Positions 1 through 9,760 of a stretch of 64,000 bases of DNA are shown here, in pieces. The stretch lies in assembly GCA_044225175.1 (NCBI GenBank), contig JBGAJA010000001.1, positions 678,711-742,710 on the forward strand, written 5' to 3'. The position numbers and the translations under genes were made by a program. A model generated the notes under the pieces. It worked only from the letters and a program-made list of their open reading frames with translations. It was not told the origin of the DNA and did no database searches. The DNA comes from Candidatus Omnitrophota bacterium. GTDB lineage: Bacteria; Omnitrophota; Gorgyraeia; Zapsychrales; Fredricksoniimonadaceae. Numbering within the stretch: the stretch's first letter is position 1; each line of letters begins with the position of its first letter.

Positions 1-191
1 CCCTTTTTTTCAGCGGATGACCAGAAAGATTTATATCCTTTAGGTTTCAATATATGTTCCGCTAATTGATCGGGATGGGCTTTGGTTTCTTGAAGGGCCA
101 AAATATCTGGGTTTTCTTTTTCTACCCATTGGAAAAACCCTTTTTTCTCAATGGCACGAATGCCATTCACATTAAAAGAAATGATTTTCAT
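1..191 (-). CDS. xth: Exodeoxyribonuclease III, N-terminal 63 codons; the gene runs off the window start
   Basis: Reverse-complement translation from an ATG whose last base is shared with the upstream TGA stop gives MKIISFNVNGIRAIEKKGFFQWVEKENPDILALQETKAHPDQL..., the hallmark N-terminus of the Xth/APE1 family. The ORF track missed it because there is no in-window stop. Confidence 0.6.
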   Translation of the reverse strand, partial: MKIISFNVNGIRAIEKKGFFQWVEKENPDILALQETKAHPDQLAEHILKPKGYKSFWSSAEKK

Positions 192-790
192 TTTTTTATT
201 TCTACTGGAAAAATAATCCCCATCGAAACCATTGCCTTAAGTGTTTCTTCAACGGTCCAACCTGGGTCTCTTGTTTCTTCGGATTTCACTAAAATAATAT
301 AACCTAATAAAGGATTGTGTGTTGCAGGAATTAAAATTCTATATAAGACTTCTTCGGTGGCCTTATCTGTAATAATTCCTGTTAAAAAACCAATCATCCA
401 ACCATTGACTGTATTACTTTTAACTAACAAAACCTTTTGAAAAGCCTGCTTATCTGAAGCCATGGAGAAGCTTTCAGAAAGCTCTTTACCTAATTGATAG
501 ACGATTTTTATGACTGGAATGCGCTGAGTAATCCTTCCCATAGCATGCAAAATTTCACGACCAACAACGTTACTGACAATCATCCCAATGAAGTATAAAA
601 ATACCAATAAAAGAAGAATTCCTAATCCTGGAATATGACGCACTTCTATAAATTGTTCTAAAACACCTACAATTTTCTTATCTATTAATTTATAAAGTAA
701 GGTAACGGCAATGACTGTTAGTAAAAGAGGAATGATAGCTAAAAGGCCACGGAAGATATAAATTCGAATATGGGAGAAAAAGTTTTTCAT
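188..790 (-). CDS. DUF502-family integral membrane protein
   Basis: 200 aa with an N-terminal TM helix and the DUF502-like core (IPGLGILLLLVFLYFIGMIVSNVVGR...RIPVIKIVYQLGKELSESF). Confidence 0.65.
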   Translation of the reverse strand: MKNFFSHIRIYIFRGLLAIIPLLLTVIAVTLLYKLIDKKIVGVLEQFIEVRHIPGLGILLLLVFLYFIGMIVSNVVGREILHAMGRITQRIPVIKIVYQLGKELSESFSMASDKQAFQKVLLVKSNTVNGWMIGFLTGIITDKATEEVLYRILIPATHNPLLGYIILVKSEETRDPGWTVEETLKAMVSMGIIFPVEIKK

Positions 791-2112
791 CGTACTGGTG
801 GTTTAATGATTAAACGCAAACCCCGATCATAAGTAAAATAATTCCAAGCCCAATTGACTAGAACAACTATTCTATTTCGAAAGCCAACTAAGGTCATCAA
901 ATGAACAAATAGCCAAATCAGCCATCCCAATAACCCTTGGGTCTTAAAATATTTCAAATCAACAACCGCATGATTCCGTCCAACGGTAGCCATAACACCA
1001 GGATCTTTATATTCAAATGCAGTCAATGGTTTATGGTTTAAGATGTTAAGAAAGTTTTTAGCTAAATGTTTGGCTTGTTGGATTGCCACAGGTGCAAGCA
1101 TCGGCTGACCTTTTGGGTTCTTCTCAGTAGCCACACAGGCCATATCACCTATGGCAAAGATATTTTCATACCCTTCTATTTGATTGTAAGAATTAACCTT
1201 AATTCTTCCACCTGCCATCAAAGATTCAGATTTTAATCCTGGAATGAGCACGCTTGCAACACCTGCCGCCCAAATAACACTATCAGTTAAAATTTGTTTT
1301 CCGTTTGAAAGTGTGAGTAACCTTCCATCATAGGAAACAACCTTTGTTTTAAGCCATAAGTTGATATTATATTCTTTAAGAAATTTTGTAGCGCTCTTAG
1401 ATGACTCTTGCGACATAGCATTCAATAAACGATCAGCCATATCGACCACATGGATCTGCATCATTTTAAGGTCTAATTCTGGATAATCATGAGGCAAGAT
1501 TTGGAGCTTCAATTCAGCTAATGCGCCTGCCATCTCAACCCCTGTTGGACCTCCTCCAATAACCACAATATTCATGAGTCTTTGACGGTCTTCATTACTA
1601 TCCATCAAAAGCGCCTTTTCCATATTCTCCAGGATCAAATTACGCAATTGCCCTGCTTCAGGAATAGATTTCATAGGAAGAGCATGTTTTTGAAAATCCT
1701 TCATCCCAAAGTAATTGGTTGTAGAACCTGCAGCTAAAACCAAATAATCATAGTCAACCTCTCCAATTGAGGTCTTAATTTTATTCTGGGAAGCTAAAAC
1801 TTCTTGGACTTCAGCCATACGGAAAATGAAATTTTCTTGACCTTGAAATATTTCACGAAATGGATAGGCAATTGAATCTGGTTCTAATGCAGCAGTTGCC
1901 ACCTGATATAAAAGTGGCTGGAAAGTATGGTAATTATTTTTATCAATGAGGATAATATGGGCATCTAGATGCTTAAGAGAACGAGCCAGTTGTAACCCCC
2001 CAAAGCCACCTCCTACTATCACAATGCGAGGTTTGCTGGTTGTTGGAATATTGACTGAAGTTTCAAGGCTTTCAGCGGAATTTAATGGTATGGATGTCAT
2101 GGTGTTACTCAT
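787..2112 (-). CDS. ndh: Type II NADH:quinone oxidoreductase (NDH-2), FAD/NAD(P)-binding
   Basis: 441 aa with two Rossmann dinucleotide motifs (IVIVGGGFGGLQLA; IVVIGGGPTGVEMAGAL) and a C-terminal amphipathic/TM tail. Overlaps the downstream gene by 4 bp. Confidence 0.8.
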   Translation of the reverse strand: MSNTMTSIPLNSAESLETSVNIPTTSKPRIVIVGGGFGGLQLARSLKHLDAHIILIDKNNYHTFQPLLYQVATAALEPDSIAYPFREIFQGQENFIFRMAEVQEVLASQNKIKTSIGEVDYDYLVLAAGSTTNYFGMKDFQKHALPMKSIPEAGQLRNLILENMEKALLMDSNEDRQRLMNIVVIGGGPTGVEMAGALAELKLQILPHDYPELDLKMMQIHVVDMADRLLNAMSQESSKSATKFLKEYNINLWLKTKVVSYDGRLLTLSNGKQILTDSVIWAAGVASVLIPGLKSESLMAGGRIKVNSYNQIEGYENIFAIGDMACVATEKNPKGQPMLAPVAIQQAKHLAKNFLNILNHKPLTAFEYKDPGVMATVGRNHAVVDLKYFKTQGLLGWLIWLFVHLMTLVGFRNRIVVLVNWAWNYFTYDRGLRLIIKPPVR

Positions 2113-2223
2113 AAGGATTGTTATAGTATCATCAAAAAATTTTTTTGAATATGAAAATCTTGGTAATGATTCTCTGGAAATTTGAATTGACTTTATTCTT
2201 ATCGTCAGTAATATAACTTTTCT

Positions 2224-4065
2224 ATGGCAAACCGTAAACCAGTAGACATTAATCTAAAAACACCCCCAGAAGCCTTTTGCAAGGAAGAGCTTAATAAGAT
2301 TGCTAGCAGCGGCTTTGTGGGCAATTTAAAGAACGACTTTAGTGATTTTTCCAGAGCTGATTTGGCTTGGGAGTCTGAAGCTTTGGCTAAGTCTCACGGT
2401 ATGTATCTTGAGTTTAACCGTGCTAAAACGGGTGAAGAAAAAGAATGGATTTACATGGTCCGCATCTCTATCCCAGGTGGAGGCCCCTTAAATCGCCAGC
2501 AATGGAATATTATAGACCAACTTACAGAACGATTTACTAAAGACAGTGATGGCGTCCCTTCTATTCGTTTAACTAACCGTCAAAACATTCAATTTCACTG
2601 GATTAAAAAAGAAAATGTCATTGAATTAATCCGTACCCTGGCCGAATCTGGCTTAAATACCCTTAATGGCTGCGGGGATAACACTCGTAATGTCATGGGC
2701 TGCCCGGCTTCTCGTTTTTCTAAAATCTATGATGCTAATGCCATGGCTCAAAAAGCTGGGCTTTATTTCCAACTACCTGTTGAACCTTTCATTCAGGTAT
2801 GGGAAATTGACCCTAAATATATCCGTAAACCTGAAGAATCCTTTGCCTATGGCAAGAATCTATTAAATCGTAAGTTTAAAATTGCCTTCTCTGGTGTACT
2901 TGAAGATGAAAATGGCAAGTTGTCCGTCGACAATTGCGTCGAAGCATTAACAAATGATGCTTCTGTGGTCCCTGTCATTAAAGATAACAAAATCGTTAAA
3001 TTTCAAATTTATGTTGGCGGTGGTCAAGGTGAACGTAATGGTAAACCTTCCATGGCAACTTTAGGTAAGGCCTTGGGCCAAGTTGACAAAGATGATGTCC
3101 TCAAAGCCTTGGATGCTGTTGTTAAAGTGCATCAAGAATGGGGCGATCGTCAAAACCGTGTGTGGGCCCGAGTAAAATTTGTGGTTAGAAAGATGGGAAT
3201 TGCCTGGTACCGCGAACAAGTTGAGAAAGTTCTAGGCAAAAAAATTGGAGATCCGGATCCTAATTTGGATGTTGGCGCTCGTCACATGCATCATGGCTGG
3301 ATTAAACAAGCCACTAATGGCTTATGGGCTTATGGTGCTTTCATTGAAAACGGGCGTCTTAATGACATTAGCCCTAACGGCAAACTCAAAAGCATGTGCC
3401 GTCATTTAATGAATAAATATCCAATCGAATTTATCATTACACCTAATCAAGATGCTCTCTTTACGAATATTCCAGAAAGCTCTAAGGCTGAGTTTGAAGC
3501 AGATATGGCTTCTTTTGGTTTTGGTAAACGTAATGGCAAAGCTTATTCTAAACTTCGTCTTCTCTCTGGGGCTTGTGTTGGACGTGACACATGCCGTTTG
3601 ACCTATACTGATTCTGAGAAATTCGAACCTTTCCTAGTAGATGAACTTGAAGCTATGGGCTGGGGTGATATTGAGGAATCGATAGGAATTACAGGCTGCG
3701 AAAGACAATGCTTTAGACCCGCTACCAAAACCATTGGTTTGGTAGGAGCTGGTATGAATCGTTATCAGTTAAAGCTTATGGGAACTGAAGATGGCAGACA
3801 TCAAGGTTTACCCTTAATGCTACCAGATGGAGACCACATTTTTCTTAAATCGATCCCCCGTGAACGTGTTTCTAAGGTCATTGATGTTCTTTTGAAACAT
3901 TGGAAGGCTAATGCCAAACCTGGTGAAGGTTTAGGATACTTTAATAACCGTATTGGTATGCCAGCTATTATTGAACTCTTCAAAAATGATCCCACAACCG
4001 CGGATTTAATGGCTAAGCCCCTACCTGCTGACTGCGTTGTGGATAACTCAACGCCCATCTCATAA
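2224..4065 (+). CDS. Siroheme-dependent sulfite/nitrite reductase hemoprotein (ferredoxin type, two NIR_SIR repeats)
   Basis: 613 aa. HGMY motif near aa 58. The C-terminal half carries the siroheme-[4Fe4S] cysteine pattern C-x5-C...C-x3-C (SGACVGRDTC ... GITGCERQCF). The window also holds the cys locus, cbiX and a ferrochelatase. Confidence 0.65.
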   Translation: MANRKPVDINLKTPPEAFCKEELNKIASSGFVGNLKNDFSDFSRADLAWESEALAKSHGMYLEFNRAKTGEEKEWIYMVRISIPGGGPLNRQQWNIIDQLTERFTKDSDGVPSIRLTNRQNIQFHWIKKENVIELIRTLAESGLNTLNGCGDNTRNVMGCPASRFSKIYDANAMAQKAGLYFQLPVEPFIQVWEIDPKYIRKPEESFAYGKNLLNRKFKIAFSGVLEDENGKLSVDNCVEALTNDASVVPVIKDNKIVKFQIYVGGGQGERNGKPSMATLGKALGQVDKDDVLKALDAVVKVHQEWGDRQNRVWARVKFVVRKMGIAWYREQVEKVLGKKIGDPDPNLDVGARHMHHGWIKQATNGLWAYGAFIENGRLNDISPNGKLKSMCRHLMNKYPIEFIITPNQDALFTNIPESSKAEFEADMASFGFGKRNGKAYSKLRLLSGACVGRDTCRLTYTDSEKFEPFLVDELEAMGWGDIEESIGITGCERQCFRPATKTIGLVGAGMNRYQLKLMGTEDGRHQGLPLMLPDGDHIFLKSIPRERVSKVIDVLLKHWKANAKPGEGLGYFNNRIGMPAIIELFKNDPTTADLMAKPLPADCVVDNSTPIS

Positions 4066-6021
4066 TAAAGAGCTATTGGTAATAGGAGTGATTTTGGTGA
4101 TAATGGCCTTCACACCAGAAAAATCATGGCTTTGAAATTGTTTTACCATGGCTGGATCCCAATGAACATTAATCTTGTCCCCTGTGACTTCAAGGGTCAT
4201 AGATTTGGAATTAAGGTCAATACCTCCTGGTGATGAAACCATCGCTTCATCGTTTGTCGGCTGTATTTTGCTTTGATCAATCATCCATGTCTTGATTCTT
4301 TCTATATCTGTCAGGGGTTGCTTTAAAATAATTCCTATTTTGACTTTTCCTGTTCCTGGCGGAATGTAATTTAGACGTTCTTCCGTACCTGTGGCCAGGG
4401 ATGCTTTTCTTATAATGAGATACCATCGCTGTGCCTGCGCGTGAAAAGGACCTTCATATAAAATGAGTGCCCTTTCTGTTTGATCCCCATTTCTTAAAAC
4501 CCCTAACCTAGGCTTGACTTGAGTCTTAAGAATAGACTGAATATCACCTTTGTATAATTCATGTCTTAGCCAAGCTCGTAACTGTTGGCGTTTGTCTCGC
4601 ACAGGTCCTGAGAGAATAAACCCTATCTTCATCCCGCCTTGGGGTGAATCATGGTGTACAACCTGGCAATTAATCGCTATAGCAGCCTGCTCAAAGATGT
4701 CTAGAACTTGAGAATTCTTGGTTCCTTCAAAAACAACTAACGCCTGGACTGTTGTCGAGTCTTTGGTAAAAGCATCTATTGTAGGAATAGATCTAGTATT
4801 TAATTGATGAATGAGCTGATCCAGGACTTCCAGGCGATTTTGTTGAGTATCTTCAATACTTGGATGGTTTAGAGAGTGTATATTCGCTGTAACAGCTACC
4901 AAATCCCCTGTAGGAGCATTCAGCATAGCCGGATCTCTTTGGCTGACCAGCTCAACATCCGCACGCATCTTCAATCCCCCTGAGAAATACCTCCTAGGGA
5001 TCCTTTGGCCGTTTTGGATATTATCTTTAATATAGTTAAACACACCCTTCTTATAGGCCTTGAGGTATTCCTGATAAATCTGTTCTTTGATGGTCTTATC
5101 TTGGGTATCTACCCCATTAATCTTGGCTTTGTTGCTGTAGACTTGATTCAGTAAGGATTGCTTGAGGTTTTTCTTATACCAGGCAGCTAGAATCATGGAA
5201 TGAAAGATTTGGCGTAAGTTAGCAAATGTCTTGCCTTCATTGACCTCTTTTTCCAACTCTGGAAGAACGATGTCTCGGATGATTTGACTACTCAAAAAGG
5301 TGTCTGACACCTTTTTGTCGTGTTTTTGACTTGCCAGATAGTCTTCTTCCAACATCACCTTCAAATGACTTCCCACAACGAACGCTGTATTGTCATGCAC
5401 ATACACTTTAGCCTTATCTGCTACAATCCACACCTTATTAAACGTATTAACGGGAATTTCAGTTGAACCATACAGGGCTTGGGCTTTGGTATAGACTTTG
5501 TTCCAGAATTCTTTGCCTAATTCCTTCTCAGGATAGATTAATGATGCGGTTAACTGCTTTAGCACATAATCTTGGGCTAGCATGTCCCTTCCCATCTCGG
5601 TTTGACCTAATTGCTCTGGCACAATACGGTCTTTTTCATAGGGAGATAAGTTCACCCATAGGTCTTCTTCGGGTAAGGTTAATGAGGCTAGGAAATATTT
5701 GATTAATTTTTCGGATTCCTGGCGTAGGGGCGAATCTTGCATTCGCCCTTCTTGGGATCGGGCAAGCCCATCCCCTACAGATAATCCCGTATTCCCCGTA
5801 TCCACAATAAAATCAAACAAAACAGGATTCTCTGGATATACCTTAAGCCCTTTGACCATAACAGGTACATAGGCCGATGTTAAACTGACCATGCTGCCTG
5901 GTGTGGGTAATCCTAAGTCAGTGGGAGTTTGGGCATGGACAGAAGGTACAAGTATAAGACTGAGTATAAGAATGCTTATAATAAAGCGACCAAGATGGAA
6001 GTTTGGAATATATGTAATCAT
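4060..6021 (-). CDS. Secreted protein of unknown function, paralog of the N- and C-terminal domains of the 957-aa kinase at 53762-56635
   Basis: 653 aa with a signal-peptide-like N-terminus (hydrophobic core, VHA/Q). About 330 aa align with ORF 53762-56635 (LIKYFLASLTLPEEDLWVNLSPYEKDRIVP...TEMGRDMLAQDYVLKQLTAS; FNKVWIV; EKEVNEGKTFANLRQIFHS). The C-terminal tail is shared (VHWDPAMVKQFQ). Confidence 0.7.
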   Translation of the reverse strand: MITYIPNFHLGRFIISILILSLILVPSVHAQTPTDLGLPTPGSMVSLTSAYVPVMVKGLKVYPENPVLFDFIVDTGNTGLSVGDGLARSQEGRMQDSPLRQESEKLIKYFLASLTLPEEDLWVNLSPYEKDRIVPEQLGQTEMGRDMLAQDYVLKQLTASLIYPEKELGKEFWNKVYTKAQALYGSTEIPVNTFNKVWIVADKAKVYVHDNTAFVVGSHLKVMLEEDYLASQKHDKKVSDTFLSSQIIRDIVLPELEKEVNEGKTFANLRQIFHSMILAAWYKKNLKQSLLNQVYSNKAKINGVDTQDKTIKEQIYQEYLKAYKKGVFNYIKDNIQNGQRIPRRYFSGGLKMRADVELVSQRDPAMLNAPTGDLVAVTANIHSLNHPSIEDTQQNRLEVLDQLIHQLNTRSIPTIDAFTKDSTTVQALVVFEGTKNSQVLDIFEQAAIAINCQVVHHDSPQGGMKIGFILSGPVRDKRQQLRAWLRHELYKGDIQSILKTQVKPRLGVLRNGDQTERALILYEGPFHAQAQRWYLIIRKASLATGTEERLNYIPPGTGKVKIGIILKQPLTDIERIKTWMIDQSKIQPTNDEAMVSSPGGIDLNSKSMTLEVTGDKINVHWDPAMVKQFQSHDFSGVKAIITKITPITNSSLL

Positions 6022-6109
6022 AATGTCTGAAAGTATAGCATATGGTATTTAAATAAGCACTTTAGATTAAAAATATGTATAAAGTATTGATAAATATATA
6101 GTTACAATA

Positions 6110-6145
6110 AAAAAACCCTGTACCGTACGGCACAGGGTATATATT
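6110..6145 (-). terminator. Rho-independent terminator (imperfect 10-bp stem plus T7 on the minus strand)
   Basis: ccctgtaccgTAcggcacaggg followed on the minus strand by ttttttt; lies downstream of the cupin gene region. Confidence 0.4.
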
Positions 6146-6191
6146 CTTATAATGACAAGAGGCCGCTTATTAAGCGCGCCTAGAGAGGTTT

Positions 6192-6284
6192 TTAGATAAG
6201 GACATTAGCCTCATCCCAAGCAAAAGTTGATTCATCCTCTTGCTGACCTTTTTGTTCTGATTCTTGATTATGTGGACCGATCAT
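6192..6284 (-). CDS. Candidate small ORF (30 aa, acidic) with a strong Shine-Dalgarno site
   Basis: AAGGAGGTG lies 8 nt upstream of ATG. Peptide is MIGPHNQESEQKGQQEDESTFAWDEANVLI. Not in the ORF track because of its size. Confidence 0.25.
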   Translation of the reverse strand: MIGPHNQESEQKGQQEDESTFAWDEANVLI

Positions 6285-6416
6285 GTGAACAACACCTCCT
6301 TAAAAGCTCCCATAGGGTTTTTACCCTTTATCTTGGGATTAGATATGGTGTAAATATACATGATTTTAAGAAAATTGCCAAGTAATATTTTGGGGTGGGA
6401 TTCTAGTAAAATTTTA

Positions 6417-6773
6417 CTAATCTCTATGCACGGTATTGGGGCTAAAAGCTGGTAAACAGACAGCAATGTATTCTGCACCCACATCCGGAGTGCTGTATCG
6501 AACCCATTCGCCTGCATTTGTGATGACAGCTTGTCCTTCTTTTACTATAATGGTGCCATTTTGGGAATCAACTTGCAAAATACCTTTTAAAACATAGGTA
6601 TATTCATTAAATTCTGGAGTTTGGCCAGGCTCTACCCATCCTTGAGGACTATTCATGTGAGCAATACTAAGTTCGAATGTTTTTGAATTAATATTGCCCA
6701 CCAATTCTTTGATAATTTTTGGTTTATTTCCTGCAGCTTCAATTTGAGTGGGTTTTTCAATTAATCTGGGCAT
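6417..6773 (-). CDS. Cupin-domain protein
   Basis: 118 aa with a beta-barrel cupin signature (GTIIVKEGQAVITNAGEWVRYSTPDVGAEYIAVCLP). Confidence 0.6.
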   Translation of the reverse strand: MPRLIEKPTQIEAAGNKPKIIKELVGNINSKTFELSIAHMNSPQGWVEPGQTPEFNEYTYVLKGILQVDSQNGTIIVKEGQAVITNAGEWVRYSTPDVGAEYIAVCLPAFSPNTVHRD

Positions 6774-6851
6774 GATGAAGACTCCTCTGAGGTAAATAAT
6801 AAATTTTGCTTAACATTTTTAAGCTCTAGAAGGATTTTAGACTTGAACAAT

Positions 6852-7193
6852 CTATTTGCGGCTTTTGGAAGAGGTTTCTTCTTCAAAAGCGACTCTTCCA
6901 ATGTGCCAAAGCTGACCCATGAAAGGACCAAACAAAAAACCTAAAGAAGTTACAACAGCACCAACGGATACAAATGACATGAATGCAATAAATATCTTTC
7001 CTGTAGTTGTATGTGGAGTATAAAAAGGCCCCTGACCTGTGGCAATCATGCTCATAAAATAAAAAGCATCTAAATAAGACATTTGTTCAATACAATGCAC
7101 ACCTACAGTTCCTACCAACATAATACTTGAAACTAAAATAAAAGAATAAAATGCGCGTTTATATATCGAGTGAAAAGGGTGTCTTTTAGTCAT
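6852..7193 (-). CDS. Minimal two-TM pore-loop (Ion_trans_2-like) channel subunit with a non-canonical filter
   Basis: 113 aa with the layout M1 helix, pore helix YLDAFYFMSMIATGQGPF, M2 helix. This matches the K+-channel pore consensus (LDAFYF-S--T-TT-GYGD) except that the filter reads ATGQGP. Confidence 0.5.
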   Translation of the reverse strand: MTKRHPFHSIYKRAFYSFILVSSIMLVGTVGVHCIEQMSYLDAFYFMSMIATGQGPFYTPHTTTGKIFIAFMSFVSVGAVVTSLGFLFGPFMGQLWHIGRVAFEEETSSKSRK

Positions 7194-7202
7194 TCAACTC
7201 AC

Positions 7203-8576
7203 TTATGAAATGGCAGACAGCATGCCAGTAATACGAGCAAATTTCTCTCTGGGTTTTCCTAAAGCTACACCACGTTCAATTTCTGCAGCATCAATTTTCT
7301 TCCAATCTGCAAAAGAAACCACACGTACTTCGCGATCTTTAAGGAATTTCAAAACAGCTTCGGTGCTAGGATTTTCACAAGGGTTTAAATGTTCAAGATC
7401 CATTAGAAGATGTCTGACTGTTTCTTCTGAATCGGGTTTATTTGTTCCAATAATTCCTGTTGCTCCTCTTTTAATCCAACCCGCAGCATACCAGCCAGTA
7501 TAAATATGTTCGGAATCAGTAACTCTCCCTCCCTGATTAGGAATAACGCCTGTTTGGCTTGAAAAAGGTAGCCCTTTAATAGGAATTCCTAAGTAACCAA
7601 CGCTTCTAAACACAATACCACAATCAATCTCTTCAAATTTTCCTGTCCCCCGCACCTTCTGATAGCCAGCTTCACCAACTAATTTATTAATTTCAAAACG
7701 AACTTTTTGAACTCGTCCTTTACCGATAATCTCTACTGGAGATCTTTTAAAATGTAATACAAACTTTCGTTTTCGATTGTTAGCTTCAAGGGTTTTAAAA
7801 TGAGTCATGATTTCATAATTTTTTCTTTTAGCTGCAAAGGTAGGATCTTCTAATTCTTTAAGGCTTGCTTCATTAAGCTCTAAATCTTCTGGATTAATAA
7901 TAGGATAACAGTCAGCCAATTCTCCCATCTCTTTAATTTCAGGAGCCGTAAAAGCTGCTTGCATAGGTCCACGTCGACCATACACATGTATTTCCTTTAT
8001 TTTGCTTTCCGCTAATACTTCGAGAGCATGTTGACTAATATCTGTTTTCTTAAGCTCATCAGGGGTTTTACTTAAGATTCTTGATACATCCATAGCCACA
8101 TTTCCTTGGCCTATAATGACAGCTACTTCTTGAGAAAAATCAAAATGGTGATCTTGGAAATCAGGATGACCATTATACCAGGCAACAAATTCTGTTGCTG
8201 TGTAGCTTCCAACTAAATCTTCTCCGTTAATTCCAAGGTGACGATCAGCTTCAGCACCAAACGCAAAAATAATTGCATCATAAAATTTTTGCAATTCAAA
8301 AACGCTAATATTTTTCCCAACAGTAACATTCCCTAGGAATGTAAAATTAGGGTTCTCTGCTGTCTTTTCAAAAACTTTTGTTACATTTTTTATTTTGGAA
8401 TGGTCAGGAGCAACCCCATAGCGAACTAAACCAAAAGGAACTGGTAATTTTTCAAACATATCCACTTTGATGTTCATTTTTTGTTTGAACAATTCTTCTG
8501 CTGCATAAAATGCGCTTGGCCCACTTCCGATAATAGCAATACGCAAAGGACGTTCCGATGTGCCGAGTGTAGACAT
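7203..8576 (-). CDS. FprA/adrenodoxin-reductase-type NADPH:ferredoxin oxidoreductase
   Basis: 457 aa. N-terminal FAD motif RIAIIGSGPSAFYAAEEL and a second NADP Rossmann motif (VAVIIGQGNVAMD). Confidence 0.7.
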   Translation of the reverse strand: MSTLGTSERPLRIAIIGSGPSAFYAAEELFKQKMNIKVDMFEKLPVPFGLVRYGVAPDHSKIKNVTKVFEKTAENPNFTFLGNVTVGKNISVFELQKFYDAIIFAFGAEADRHLGINGEDLVGSYTATEFVAWYNGHPDFQDHHFDFSQEVAVIIGQGNVAMDVSRILSKTPDELKKTDISQHALEVLAESKIKEIHVYGRRGPMQAAFTAPEIKEMGELADCYPIINPEDLELNEASLKELEDPTFAAKRKNYEIMTHFKTLEANNRKRKFVLHFKRSPVEIIGKGRVQKVRFEINKLVGEAGYQKVRGTGKFEEIDCGIVFRSVGYLGIPIKGLPFSSQTGVIPNQGGRVTDSEHIYTGWYAAGWIKRGATGIIGTNKPDSEETVRHLLMDLEHLNPCENPSTEAVLKFLKDREVRVVSFADWKKIDAAEIERGVALGKPREKFARITGMLSAIS

Positions 8577-8594
8577 AAAATTCCTTCCTTAATT

Positions 8595-9014
8595 TTATTT
8601 CTTAACCTGGGTTGCTAAAACTAAATGTTTAATTCCTAAACGAGAAGCTGTATCAACAACTTGGACGACAAAATCATATTTAACGCTTCGATCTCCACTA
8701 ATGATAATGGCAGGATCTTTATACTTTTTTGCCAATGATTCTAATTTAAATTTAAAAAGATTCATATCTAAGTGCAGATTATATCGTTGATTTTCAAGAT
8801 AAACATCTCCACTGGCGGTGATGGTGACATTAATGTCCTTATTTTCAACGGTTCCTTCATTGTGCGACACTTGCGGTAATGCAATTTTAATACTGGAACG
8901 ATAGATGAAAGGTGTTGTAACCATGAAAATAATCAAAAGAACCAAAATCACGTCGGTAAATGGCGCTATATTGATGTCTGCAATTAAACGGCTGTTTCGC
9001 TGTCTTTTTTTCAT
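8595..9014 (-). CDS. exbD: ExbD/TolR biopolymer transport protein
   Basis: 139 aa with a single TM (INIAPFTDVILVLLIIFMVTTPF) and a periplasmic domain. Overlaps exbB by 4 bp. Confidence 0.8.
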   Translation of the reverse strand: MKKRQRNSRLIADINIAPFTDVILVLLIIFMVTTPFIYRSSIKIALPQVSHNEGTVENKDINVTITASGDVYLENQRYNLHLDMNLFKFKLESLAKKYKDPAIIISGDRSVKYDFVVQVVDTASRLGIKHLVLATQVKK

Positions 9015-9643
9015 TTATTTTTCTTCAGTAAAGATAAATCTTGGAGTTCTGAGGCAGTTAATTCCATGTCTAAAACAAAATTATCAATTCTACGAACAAA
9101 GTAGTTATAGCTAACAACAGCTGGGATTGCAACAATAAGCCCTGCTGCCGTGCAAATAAGTGCTTCAGAAATACCTGCTGTAACTACATCCATTCCCCCG
9201 GAAGCAGTTTTAGATACGTCATGAAAGGCTCTGATAATACCAAGAACGGTTCCAAACAATCCGATATAAACAGCGGTCCCACCAATTGTTCCCACAATAC
9301 TTGTAAATCTTTCTAATTTGAGAGTTTCGATTGTGATCTCACGTTCCATAGAGTTAGAAATCACCTTTTCATCATGACCTAAAACATTTAAGCCTGCTAA
9401 GGCAACGCGGGCAGATGGGGTGTCAGAATTACGGCAAAAATCAATAGCAGTGTTAATTTGGGAACGGGAACTTTCTTTACGGATATTTTCAATTAATTGA
9501 CTACGGGAGATGGAGGATCGGCGTTTGAAATACCAAAGACGTTCAATAATAACGGCAATGGATAAAATGGAACATAAGATCAAAATGTACATGGTGAAAC
9601 CACCAGCATTGATGATTTCAAAAATATTTTTATCTTGAAACAT
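9011..9643 (-). CDS. exbB: MotA/TolQ/ExbB proton-channel protein
   Basis: 210 aa with three TM helices and the conserved C-terminal MotA_ExbB core (GTVLGIIRAF...GISEALICTAAGLIVAIPAVVSYNYF). Confidence 0.8.
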   Translation of the reverse strand: MFQDKNIFEIINAGGFTMYILILCSILSIAVIIERLWYFKRRSSISRSQLIENIRKESSRSQINTAIDFCRNSDTPSARVALAGLNVLGHDEKVISNSMEREITIETLKLERFTSIVGTIGGTAVYIGLFGTVLGIIRAFHDVSKTASGGMDVVTAGISEALICTAAGLIVAIPAVVSYNYFVRRIDNFVLDMELTASELQDLSLLKKNK

Positions 9644-9707
9644 TTTGTCCTCCCAAAAAATTCTTTTTGCTGATTAAAATTAAGAACTGATTGTAATGTA
9701 TTTTCAT

Positions 9708-9735
9708 TTGCACGTCAAAATCTTTATGGTATTAT
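9708..9735 (+). promoter_or_regulatory. Sigma70-type promoter for ilvBN
   Basis: TTGCAC, a 16-nt spacer, then TATTAT preceded by TGg (extended -10). SD GGAGGA lies 6 nt before the ilvB ATG. Confidence 0.4.
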
Positions 9736-9760
9736 ATGGCCTTTATTTCACGGAGGATTT

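Noticed and set aside
66-302. 78-aa plus-strand ORF at the window start
   Set aside because: Antisense to the xth N-terminus and the DUF502 gene; F/L-rich antisense artefact.
6281-6517. 78-aa ORF overlapping the cupin gene end
   Set aside because: Out-of-frame overlap with the cupin CDS; no SD.
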